The notes beneath the pieces are model-generated. The model was not told the DNA's origin. It did no database searches and saw only the letters and a program-made list of their open reading frames with translations. Below are positions 19,939-28,509 of a stretch of DNA of 64,000 nucleotides, piece after piece (positions within the stretch are counted from its first letter, which is position 1; each line of letters starts with the position of its first letter). The position numbers and the translations under genes were made by a program. The stretch is from Candidatus Enterousia sp. (lineage in GTDB: Bacteria; Pseudomonadota; Alphaproteobacteria; Rs-D84). The DNA lies in the NCBI GenBank assembly GCA_045645065.1, contig JAZRIB010000005.1, forward strand, positions 125,917-189,916. The letters are read 5' to 3'.

Positions 19939-20676
19939 TTATATATCATAAGAGTTTTGTTGTTTCATAAACTTGTTAAATTCTGCAATATCGCCTTTAA
20001 CAACTTTTAATGTCTCGTCTATTGCAGTATTATATTCTGGCTTATACATCGGGTTTGTTTTATCTGCAAACACATTCATAAAATCTGTCAGCGCACGCAA
20101 AGTATCATTTGTTAACAACACCACAGAACGCCCAGAAGCAATGTTTCTGAACACTTGTTGCGCATCAGCGAAAAAACTTTCCTGTGTACTATCTTTATGC
20201 ACAAATTTACCAGTGTTATACATATCTTGCCATTTTCTCAAATCTTGTTCTGTTATAATAGACTGTACAACACCAAATTCAGGCGACAAATATTGACATT
20301 GCGTACTTTTTCTAAAAAACTCATCACTGTCTGCAATATGTGGCAACGCTTTTTGAATTATATCTTTGAATATATTGTCACGAATATACCAGCCCCTGTG
20401 CCCAATAACCTCGGTTGTGCGCGTATCCGATAGGTTATACTCGCCCTTGTTGGCTACCGCATTTGCAATTTTTATCAACGTTATATATAAAATCGTCATT
20501 CTGCGTGATTGTTGATAAGTCAGGCTCGCCTCGCTTTTACGCGATAAATGCGTCCAATTATACTGCTCCATCATCAAACGTAACAACTCATTAACGTTAC
20601 CGGCATTATATGCCTTAACGACCTTGTTATACAAATCTTTGTCTGCCTGCAACCCCATAACACTTGCCGCAACCAT
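19939..20676 (-). CDS. Hypothetical 245-aa protein (orphan)
   Basis: Long ORF 14 nt downstream of ruvB. No motif recognised. Confidence 0.6.
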   Translation of the reverse strand: MVAASVMGLQADKDLYNKVVKAYNAGNVNELLRLMMEQYNWTHLSRKSEASLTYQQSRRMTILYITLIKIANAVANKGEYNLSDTRTTEVIGHRGWYIRDNIFKDIIQKALPHIADSDEFFRKSTQCQYLSPEFGVVQSIITEQDLRKWQDMYNTGKFVHKDSTQESFFADAQQVFRNIASGRSVVLLTNDTLRALTDFMNVFADKTNPMYKPEYNTAIDETLKVVKGDIAEFNKFMKQQNSYDI

Positions 20677-20690
20677 ATCTTATTTCTCCT

Positions 20691-21680
20691 TTATTTTTCC
20701 AGCCCCAGGTGCCGATATCCTGCATCTGTCACAATTCGACCACGTGGTGTGCGCTGAACAAATCCCAACTGCATCAGATATGGTTCAATAACATCTTCGA
20801 TTGTATCCGCCGGCTCTGACAATGCCGCTGCCAGATTTTCAATCCCCACCGGTCCACCGGCATAGTGTTTTATAATCGCGCCCATATATTCACGGTCAAT
20901 TTCATCCAAACCGCATTCGTCAATATGCAATTGGAACAGGGTGGTCTTGATTATATCGGCCGTTATCTGTGGCTTTGACAAAGCGCTTGCGAAATCACGC
21001 GCCCGTTTCAACAATCGGTTTGCGATACGTGGTGTACCCCGTGCCGACCGTGCCAGCATTAACGCACCGTCTGCATCAATTGGTGTTCCCAATATATTCG
21101 CACTGCGCATAATGATTTTTGCTAAATCTTCTGGGGAATAGAACGTTAGGCGCAAATCAATTCCAAATCGGTCGCGTAATGGGTTAGACAGCAAACCTGT
21201 ACGTGTTGTTGCGCCCACCAACGTAAACGGCGGCAGGTCAATTCTGACGCTTTTTGCGCTGGCACCTTCGCCCAGCATAATATCCAACTTGAAATCTTCC
21301 ATTGCGGAATACAAGACTTCTTCGATTGCGGTTGGTAAACGATGGATTTCATCAATAAACAACACGTCCATCGGTTCCAACGAAGTCAGAATTGCCGCCA
21401 AATCCCCTTGCTTGGTAAGCATTGGTGCCGCTGTTGCACGGAAATTAGTTCCCAATTCGTTTGCAACAATATGTGCCAATGTGGTTTTTCCCAACCCTGG
21501 GGGGCCATATAATAACACGTGGTCCATCGCTTCGCCGCGATTTTTTGCCCCAGATACAAAAATAGACAGGTTTTGTTTCAAACTGTCGTGTCCAATAAAA
21601 TCTGACAGCGAACGCGGACGAATGGTTGCCCCGAATTCGTCTGGCAAATTAGCGTCCAAGAATCTTTCTTTGTTCATCAT
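20691..21680 (-). CDS. ruvB: Holliday junction branch migration helicase RuvB
   Basis: [22 protein letters not shown] (Walker A), LFIDEIHRL (Walker B), and [17 protein letters not shown] (sensor/arginine finger). Confidence 0.97.
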   Translation of the reverse strand: MMNKERFLDANLPDEFGATIRPRSLSDFIGHDSLKQNLSIFVSGAKNRGEAMDHVLLYGPPGLGKTTLAHIVANELGTNFRATAAPMLTKQGDLAAILTSLEPMDVLFIDEIHRLPTAIEEVLYSAMEDFKLDIMLGEGASAKSVRIDLPPFTLVGATTRTGLLSNPLRDRFGIDLRLTFYSPEDLAKIIMRSANILGTPIDADGALMLARSARGTPRIANRLLKRARDFASALSKPQITADIIKTTLFQLHIDECGLDEIDREYMGAIIKHYAGGPVGIENLAAALSEPADTIEDVIEPYLMQLGFVQRTPRGRIVTDAGYRHLGLEK

Positions 21681-21682
21681 AA

Positions 21683-22351
21683 TTACAACAACTTGTCTTC
21701 TGAGCTTTCACGACCAACATATGCTTTCAAATCGTTATACATCTGTCTCAGGTCTATTGGCTGGCTATAATGTGCATCTGCGTTTTTAACGCGAATTGTT
21801 TCCAAATCAATCTGGGCTTGTTTTTTCAAAACCTGGGTCAGGTGTGTGGCGAATGCACGTGCGTCCTCAGATTCATTTGCGCCCTGTAACAACAGACCAC
21901 GATTTGGGCGTGGCGACAAGAATGCGAAATCAGATACCGATGAATCCGGTGACACCAGTGCGAATCCAGAAATCTCTGGGCGACGCATCATTGCTTGTAA
22001 AACGTACCATGCGCCTAATTGATGTCCCGCCAACCAGATTTGATCGCTGTCTTCGTTATGGTTTTGAATCCAGTCAATTACAGTTGCGATATCCAGCATA
22101 TTTTCAGATGTTGTACCGATTGCACCTTCGGAATCGTTGACCCCGCGATAGTTAAATCGTACAACAGAAAAACCAATGTCCATAAACGCACGAAACATTG
22201 CATACGACACACGGTCGTTCATATGGTATTTTTGCCGTGGATTTCCCGACAACACAACCGCCAACGGCGCGCCTGGTGTTGCAGACTTGTGATACACTGC
22301 GTGTAATTTACCAGATTCTCCCCCAATAATAAGATCGACCATTGATTTCAC
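21683..22351 (-). CDS. COG2945-type alpha/beta hydrolase-fold protein with an altered nucleophile elbow
   Basis: ...[14 protein letters not shown]...DWIQ...[31 protein letters not shown]... follows the family pattern. GHQLGA replaces the usual G-x-S-x-G; the CAA Gln codon at 22019-22021 was verified by hand. Confidence 0.8.
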   Translation of the reverse strand: MKSMVDLIIGGESGKLHAVYHKSATPGAPLAVVLSGNPRQKYHMNDRVSYAMFRAFMDIGFSVVRFNYRGVNDSEGAIGTTSENMLDIATVIDWIQNHNEDSDQIWLAGHQLGAWYVLQAMMRRPEISGFALVSPDSSVSDFAFLSPRPNRGLLLQGANESEDARAFATHLTQVLKKQAQIDLETIRVKNADAHYSQPIDLRQMYNDLKAYVGRESSEDKLL

Positions 22352-22423
22352 CTTTCGTAAATATTTGTTTCACACTAAACTTAGAACAAACAGTGACTAA
22401 TTTTCAATAAAAATATTTTTGTT

Positions 22424-22453
22424 TTGACACAATTATATAAAATGTTCTAAAAT
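22424..22453 (+). promoter_or_regulatory. Sigma70-like promoter for the 307-aa secreted protein gene
   Basis: TTGACA (22424-22429), an 18-nt spacer, then TAAAAT (22448-22453), about 28 nt upstream of ATG 22481. Confidence 0.5.
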
Positions 22454-22480
22454 TCAAGACAAGAGAAAAAGGCAATACAA

Positions 22481-23404
22481 ATGAAAAGATTCTGTTTAAC
22501 TGGTTTTTTGCTGGCGTTGATTGCGCCAACTGTGCATGCGAACACCGACATTGTAATGGATAATTTCCAGACAATTTATACTGAAACACCGGTTCAGTCG
22601 TACTATGCATACCCAGACGACCCAAATTTCATTCCAGAAACAGAATTTATGAACCGTGCGGACAGTCTTGATTACGACCAGAATATTCTTGATGCGCGTG
22701 CTGCCGAAGAATCTGCGCACCCAGGGGTTATGTTTGCAAACCGTCCGATGGTTATTTGTCGTAATTTTGGGTGTACACGTTTGAATGATCGTATTACACG
22801 TGCGTTTTTGTTCAACAGTCTGGCTAATATGTTCATGATGAACGCGCATTCACGTGTGTATATTTGTGAAGCAGATCCATTTTCACGCGATTGTCTGCAA
22901 TCTGGGATTTCTTTCCCCGTGCGCAGTGGTATCGCCAATGCAATGGTTAAAATACCCAAGGCAACAATTTCCCAGGTCAATGTTTCAACCGGTCTGTCAA
23001 AGGCGACGGTTGGTATGACATACGACTTTTTGGTAAATGGGATTGATCGTGTCTGCGAACCAACCGTTATGGACTTGATGGTTCCTGTAAATTCAGAAGC
23101 GGTCTTGTCAAATCGTGAATTTGCCTGCAATATGACCAGTGACGGTATCAGCAGTGTTTCTTTGATTGTCAGTCTGGATTATATTGATTTAGATTATGGT
23201 ATCTTGGGCGGTTATTATTCATTGGGAATGCAGGGGCCAACCACGGGTGGTGGTACAGGGTATGCATTATTCAAAACAGAATTTACAACAAATGGTATGC
23301 AGTTTCGTGCATCCGTCCTTGGTGAAGATGTTAACAATGGCGCAAACAGCCCATACATGATGATTCAGCCTGGCGAATATGCGGTTGAACCACTAGAAAA
23401 ATAA
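22481..23404 (+). CDS. Secreted hypothetical protein (307 aa)
   Basis: Signal peptide MKRFCLTGFLLALIAPTVHA, a good promoter and an AAAGG RBS. No motif recognised. Confidence 0.7.
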   Translation: MKRFCLTGFLLALIAPTVHANTDIVMDNFQTIYTETPVQSYYAYPDDPNFIPETEFMNRADSLDYDQNILDARAAEESAHPGVMFANRPMVICRNFGCTRLNDRITRAFLFNSLANMFMMNAHSRVYICEADPFSRDCLQSGISFPVRSGIANAMVKIPKATISQVNVSTGLSKATVGMTYDFLVNGIDRVCEPTVMDLMVPVNSEAVLSNREFACNMTSDGISSVSLIVSLDYIDLDYGILGGYYSLGMQGPTTGGGTGYALFKTEFTTNGMQFRASVLGEDVNNGANSPYMMIQPGEYAVEPLEK

Positions 23405-23477
23405 TATATGGCACTGGGGGCTCGTTACTCGTGGCAGTATGATACGAGTCCCGAGTAGCCAAATCCCAGGTGTGTGT

Positions 23478-24131
23478 ATGAATAAAACAATTTTAGTTAT
23501 TGATGATGATAATGTGCTGCGTACGGCACTGGCGCGTGGTTTGCGCAACGAAGGTTTCAATGTCATAACTGCGGATTGTGTCGACCAGGCTGGGGAAATT
23601 ATATCGCGTATATCGGTTGATGCGCTGGTTCTTGACAGAATGATGACCGGTACAGACGGTTTGTCTTTTCTTAAATCTATTCGTGCCAACGGCAATACAA
23701 CCCCTGTGTTAATGCTGACGGCGATGGCAGGCCCAGAAAATACGATTGACGGTCTGTCTGGGGGGGCGAATGATTATCTGGCGAAACCATTCCAGATGCG
23801 CGAATTGATTTTGCGTTTGAATAATATAATCAAGCGTCGCGATGAAAATGTGTCGCACATACCATCTGGCTTGATTATGGCAAACGATGAATTTTTTGTT
23901 AATGTTAATGGCGAATCCCAATTATTGGCGTTGTCTGGCGAAGAAAAGAAATTATTATACGCATTGACACATCCGATTGGAAATATTGCACCCGCAGCAC
24001 CGATGGTCGCAAAACGCTTGCGCGGGAAATTAAATATAGTATTATCAAATTTAGATATAATAACAATTCGTGGTCGTGGCTATAAATTAGTTGATGTCGC
24101 GTCCGCCAACAACAGGAATGACAGATTATGA
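23478..24131 (+). CDS. OmpR-family response regulator
   Basis: MNKTILVIDDD...LVLDRMMTGTDG...LMLTA...DYLAKPF forms the receiver domain. The C-terminal winged helix ends ITIRGRGYKL. The ORF-track start 23439 was replaced by ATG 23478. Confidence 0.9.
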   Translation: MNKTILVIDDDNVLRTALARGLRNEGFNVITADCVDQAGEIISRISVDALVLDRMMTGTDGLSFLKSIRANGNTTPVLMLTAMAGPENTIDGLSGGANDYLAKPFQMRELILRLNNIIKRRDENVSHIPSGLIMANDEFFVNVNGESQLLALSGEEKKLLYALTHPIGNIAPAAPMVAKRLRGKLNIVLSNLDIITIRGRGYKLVDVASANNRNDRL

Positions 24132-25408
24132 GATTGATTCCACGCAGTTTTTTGGCACGAACGATATTAATGATATTGGTGCCGCTTGTAATCGCCCAGG
24201 TTATCGTTGCCAATGCATTTTTTGGCAACCATTGGTCGCGTGTTCACAGTACATTGGCGCGTACATTGGCGGGTGAAATTACAACGATGATGAATTTTAT
24301 TGATTCTGATAATATGGACATTGCCCAACAGATGGCGCGTGATATTGGCATAAACGTGTCGATTAACCAGACACTAAATCGTCCGCGTCACAACGACAAC
24401 GACGCCGCAGAAATAGGGCGTTTGGCGTCTGCGTTATCGCAACGGTTAAAGCGTTCTGCGAATATTTACATGGACAAGGGAAAACGTCTTGTTTTTGTTG
24501 ATATTCCAACCCAAGATGGCCAGATTGCAACATTTGGTACATCATTATACCGTATTTATTCAACCAGTACCGAAGTATTTATTATTTGGCTGATTGGGGC
24601 AATGTTAATTGTATCGATATTGGTAACCCCGTTTATTATCATTCATACACGCAGTATTAAACGTATTGCGAATGCTGCGGGTCGATTTGGTCGTGGTTTG
24701 GATGCGCCTGGGTTTGAACCGACTGGGTCCAAAGAAATTCGCGAAGCAGCCACAGCGATGATTACAATGAAAGAACGTCTGAATCGTTACAATCGCACAC
24801 GTACAGATATGTTAAATGCGGTCAGTCATGATTTGAAAGCACCGCTAACGCGTATGCGCTTAAATATTGAAACCGGTGGTGCCTCAGATGCTGATTTGAT
24901 ACGTGATATTGATCGTATGACAGAAATGGTGAATGGTTATTTAGCATTTGCGCGTGGCGAAATGCCTGAAATTGAACAGGCCACCGAATTGCCACCGATT
25001 TTAACGCGTACTGTGCGTGATGCCGCGCCAGAAAAAACAGTAATAACAGATTTTCCCGAAGTGCCTGCGCAATTCTATGCGCGTCCAATGGCGTTGGCGC
25101 GTGCGTTTGCAAATATTATTGAAAATGCTGCGCGATATGCCAAAACAACAGTTAAAATCAGCGAACGTGATTATGACGACCATGTTGAAATTATTATCGA
25201 AGACGATGGTCCTGGTATTCCAGATGATAAAAAGAAAGATGCAATGCGACCCTTTGTTCGCCTTGATGAGGCACGTGGAACCGATACAGGTGGTACTGGT
25301 TTAGGGTTATCGATTGCCCAGACTGCGTTTGAAAATCATGGCGGACAAATGTTTTTAGAAAACAGCGAATTGGGCGGTTTGCGCGTACGAATTGTTTTGC
25401 CGATATAA
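24128..25408 (+). CDS. EnvZ-like sensor histidine kinase
   Basis: Two TM segments, an H-box (VSHDLKAPLTRMRL), an N-box (IIENAARYA), and G-boxes (DDGPGIP, GGTGLGLSIAQ). There is an ATGA overlap with the regulator gene. Confidence 0.9.
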   Translation: MRLIPRSFLARTILMILVPLVIAQVIVANAFFGNHWSRVHSTLARTLAGEITTMMNFIDSDNMDIAQQMARDIGINVSINQTLNRPRHNDNDAAEIGRLASALSQRLKRSANIYMDKGKRLVFVDIPTQDGQIATFGTSLYRIYSTSTEVFIIWLIGAMLIVSILVTPFIIIHTRSIKRIANAAGRFGRGLDAPGFEPTGSKEIREAATAMITMKERLNRYNRTRTDMLNAVSHDLKAPLTRMRLNIETGGASDADLIRDIDRMTEMVNGYLAFARGEMPEIEQATELPPILTRTVRDAAPEKTVITDFPEVPAQFYARPMALARAFANIIENAARYAKTTVKISERDYDDHVEIIIEDDGPGIPDDKKKDAMRPFVRLDEARGTDTGGTGLGLSIAQTAFENHGGQMFLENSELGGLRVRIVLPI

Positions 25409-25432
25409 CTAACATGATATTTGGATTATATT

Positions 25433-26710
25433 ATGTCGTCAATTGCGCCGATTTTGAACAATGTCCAGATTTCCGCATTTAATGCCATAGAGCATACTAA
25501 TTCGAACATTTTAATTCTGGGTCAGGCCGGAACAGGAAAATCGACATTTGTTAATTATTTGAAAAGTGCGTCCAAGAAACGTATTGTTTGTGCGTGTCCC
25601 ACAGCGGTATCCGCATTAAATATTGGCGGTCAAACAATACATTCATTGTTTCAGATTCAGCCACGCGATTTCATTATGCCAGAATTGCTAAAATTAAAGG
25701 CTAAACCGCGCAATATCCTGAACGCGACAGATGTTTTGATAATTGATGAAATTTCGATGGTTGCGCCTGATTTGTTGGATGCAATCGATATATTGGCACG
25801 AATGGCACGGCGTAATAATGCGCCGTTTGGCGGAATCCAGGTTGTTGCCATTGGTGATTTATTTCAGTTGCCACCCGTTATAACGCGTGATGCCATGGGG
25901 TATTATGAAACGGCATACGAACACCCTAATGCGTACTTTTTTGACAGTAATGTGTACAAGCGTGCTGAATTTAACCGATTCTGTTTTGATATGGTATATC
26001 GTCAAAGTGATGGTGCGTTACTGGAAAATTTGACCCGATTGCGTAATCGCGATGTTAGTGTGTTGGATTTTTTTAATAATTGTAAAATTATGGATGATGA
26101 ACGTCGCGCAAATGCGGTATTGATTACGCCTTTTCGTGACACAGCCGAACGAATTAACGCGTTTCGATTGGCGCAAATTGGTGCCCCTGAAATAACATAT
26201 ACAGGTGTTTTGTCAGGGACTTTTTCGGAACGTGATGTGCCTGCGCCACTGAATTTGACGTTAAAAGTTGGCGCATTAGTTGTTTTTGTAAAAAATGGTG
26301 ACAAATGGCACAATGGTTCAATGGGGATTGTGCGTTCGATGTCGTCGCGTGACATAACTGTGCAATTGTTATCAGACGGTCGCGATATTGTGACGGTTAA
26401 ACCAGAAAAGTGGGAAAAGATAGAATACAGTCGCGATGAAAACGACAGAATTGTTGAAAACGAAGTAGGGGGCTATAAACAATTTCCATTAAATCTGGGA
26501 TACGCTATGACCATACACAAGGCCCAGGGAAAAACACTGGATGCGGTTGTTGTTGATATGTCACGTGGTGCGTTTACGCACGGCCAGACGTACGTTGCAT
26601 TATCACGCACACGTGGTGCATCTGATATGCATGTTGCTGCGCCACTTCGTCCGCGTGATGTTATTTTTGATAATCGTGTTTTGGAATTTGTTTCTGGTAA
26701 TAATGCGTAA
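25433..26710 (+). CDS. Pif1/RecD-like SF1B DNA helicase
   Basis: ILILGQAGTGKST (Walker A), VLIIDEISMV (Walker B), GDLFQLPPV, TIHKAQGKTLD and YVALSRTR. The ORF-track start 25421 is a TTG. Confidence 0.8.
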   Translation: MSSIAPILNNVQISAFNAIEHTNSNILILGQAGTGKSTFVNYLKSASKKRIVCACPTAVSALNIGGQTIHSLFQIQPRDFIMPELLKLKAKPRNILNATDVLIIDEISMVAPDLLDAIDILARMARRNNAPFGGIQVVAIGDLFQLPPVITRDAMGYYETAYEHPNAYFFDSNVYKRAEFNRFCFDMVYRQSDGALLENLTRLRNRDVSVLDFFNNCKIMDDERRANAVLITPFRDTAERINAFRLAQIGAPEITYTGVLSGTFSERDVPAPLNLTLKVGALVVFVKNGDKWHNGSMGIVRSMSSRDITVQLLSDGRDIVTVKPEKWEKIEYSRDENDRIVENEVGGYKQFPLNLGYAMTIHKAQGKTLDAVVVDMSRGAFTHGQTYVALSRTRGASDMHVAAPLRPRDVIFDNRVLEFVSGNNA

Positions 26711-26716
26711 CCGGTA

Positions 26717-27109
26717 TTATTGCTGAATATCTTTGCGCATCATTATTGCGTCTGTTCCGTCATAATACTTTGGGCGTACACCAATTTCTGTGTATCCATT
26801 ATTTGTGTACAGTGCGCGTCCAGGGGTGTTATCGGCGGCAACTTCCAAGAATATATGCTTAACGCCTTGTTTTTTCAGTTCCGCTTCAACAATCCCTAAC
26901 ATTGCGGCTGCGATACCTGTGCGTCGCGCGTGTGGTGCAACACCGATGGTAATAATTTCTGCTTCGTCCATTGTTGCGCGATAAACAATAAATCCGTTCT
27001 GGCTGGCTATAATTTCACATCCTGATTTTTTCAGGTCTGCAAAATCATCTGCACTCCACGGTTTGTGCGGAAAACAAGATTTATGTAATGTGGCTAATTC
27101 GTCAAACAT
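26717..27109 (-). CDS. rimI: GNAT acetyltransferase, RimI-like (ribosomal-protein-alanine N-acetyltransferase)
   Basis: IGVAPHARRTGIAAAMLGIVEAELKKQGVKHIFLEVAADNTPGRALYTNNGYTEIGVRPKYY is the acetyl-CoA binding core. Its context is near tsaB. Confidence 0.75.
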   Translation of the reverse strand: MFDELATLHKSCFPHKPWSADDFADLKKSGCEIIASQNGFIVYRATMDEAEIITIGVAPHARRTGIAAAMLGIVEAELKKQGVKHIFLEVAADNTPGRALYTNNGYTEIGVRPKYYDGTDAIMMRKDIQQ

Positions 27110-27115
27110 ATGGCG

Positions 27116-27514
27116 TTACATTTTCTGTTTTCTTTTACAGTGCTGCAAATGGCGTTCAATTTGGCGATTGTGGTATTCTGCGCGTACTTTGTTGTAAAAA
27201 TATTTAGCAAACGGTATATTAACAGTGTTTTTTGTTACATCACCTAGTTCGGCATTTTTTTTGTAACTGATATACAGTACATAATCATTATCGGTGTTGT
27301 TCTTGTTGTTTTGTTGCGTTTTTGTTTGTTCGCATATAACTTTTGCGGCAAAGTCAATTCCATGTATATAGTATGATGTTTTTTTTGTTGTTGATACGCC
27401 GTCAGTTATTTTTTTCTGAAAAGATGACGTTTTTTCTATACACGAAACGTCCAACATATCCAACGCATGATTTTGATATTCTTTGAACAAGATTTTTCTA
27501 AATATGTTTGCCAT
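27116..27514 (-). CDS. Hypothetical 132-aa protein (orphan)
   Basis: ORF packed between rimI and the 142-aa ORF. Lys/Asn-rich. No motif recognised. Confidence 0.5.
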   Translation of the reverse strand: MANIFRKILFKEYQNHALDMLDVSCIEKTSSFQKKITDGVSTTKKTSYYIHGIDFAAKVICEQTKTQQNNKNNTDNDYVLYISYKKNAELGDVTKNTVNIPFAKYFYNKVRAEYHNRQIERHLQHCKRKQKM

Positions 27515-27536
27515 TTTTCATCAATACCTTTGTCGA

Positions 27537-27965
27537 TTATCTGTTTTTTGATTGTTTTTCATATTGACGAACACATGCATTGAACATGCGTTCCGCAAAG
27601 CGTGTCCCGTTTTCGTGGTATGCTTTCACTTCCCCAGTTCTTGGGCAAATATCATATGTGTGAAACGTGTGATAAAATGCTTTGTTGGCCAATTTTTCTG
27701 CTTCGATTGCACGTCTGCGTGGGTTTGATGCAATACGAACTCCTTTTGGTGCTTCGGCCAAACGTCCTGAATATTCTGATGTAGAAATAATATGTTTATT
27801 CTTTATTTCGAAACTGAAACGAGTAGATATACGTGGGTTTTTCTTACCATACCAATCTTCGGTCCATTCGTTTGAATCGTGTGTTAATGTGCATTTTGGT
27901 AATATTTGTAACAGCTTTGCATGATTATCTTGTCTGCCAAGGTGTGAAAACTTTTTCTTTGCCAT
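27537..27965 (-). CDS. Hypothetical 142-aa basic protein (orphan)
   Basis: ATG 27965 (MAKKKFSHLG...) lies 1 nt after the tsaB stop. The ORF-track start 27992 would overlap tsaB. Confidence 0.5.
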   Translation of the reverse strand: MAKKKFSHLGRQDNHAKLLQILPKCTLTHDSNEWTEDWYGKKNPRISTRFSFEIKNKHIISTSEYSGRLAEAPKGVRIASNPRRRAIEAEKLANKAFYHTFHTYDICPRTGEVKAYHENGTRFAERMFNACVRQYEKQSKNR

Positions 27966-27966
27966 T

Positions 27967-28509
27967 TTAATTGCCTTTGTTTTGTTCTGCATAGCTGGGG
28001 CGCAGATACATTGGTACCACAGGTTCTATCGTCCCAGATGTGATTTTATCCTTTACAATATTTATACCCAATTTCAAATCAAAAGGTTTATGTCCAACGG
28101 TTCGTGGCCACGCCATTTGTTTTGTTTCTAATTCTTCGATTTCCATTGTGCATGGTTCCAGTCCTGGGGCTGCTACAAAGAAATCACCGCGTCCAGAATC
28201 GATTGCGACAAACGCGTCTGGTGTGGCCGCTAAATACAGATCAAATGCACTTATTCCTACGACTGGAATATTTAACCCCATAGCCAAACCTTTTGCGTAT
28301 GCGATGCCCAATCTGATACCTGTAAAACTGCCTGGGCCGACAACAACTCCTATTGCGTCAATGTCGCGCCATGTTGCGCCAGATTCTGTAATAAACTTCT
28401 GGCATTCGGCGGGCAAAGCAACCGATTGTTTGTCTACTGTAACAGATTTTTCATAATTGTCCAGTACAAAATTCAAATTTGTACCAGAAGTATTAATAAT
28501 TAAAATCAT
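27967..28509 (-). CDS. tsaB: tRNA t6A biosynthesis protein TsaB (short form)
   Basis: ILIINTSGTNLNFVL...IDAIGVVVGPGSFTGIRLGIAYAKGLAMGLNIPVVGISAFD is the hallmark TsaB/YeaZ N-domain. It is only 180 aa. Confidence 0.85.
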   Translation of the reverse strand: MILIINTSGTNLNFVLDNYEKSVTVDKQSVALPAECQKFITESGATWRDIDAIGVVVGPGSFTGIRLGIAYAKGLAMGLNIPVVGISAFDLYLAATPDAFVAIDSGRGDFFVAAPGLEPCTMEIEELETKQMAWPRTVGHKPFDLKLGINIVKDKITSGTIEPVVPMYLRPSYAEQNKGN

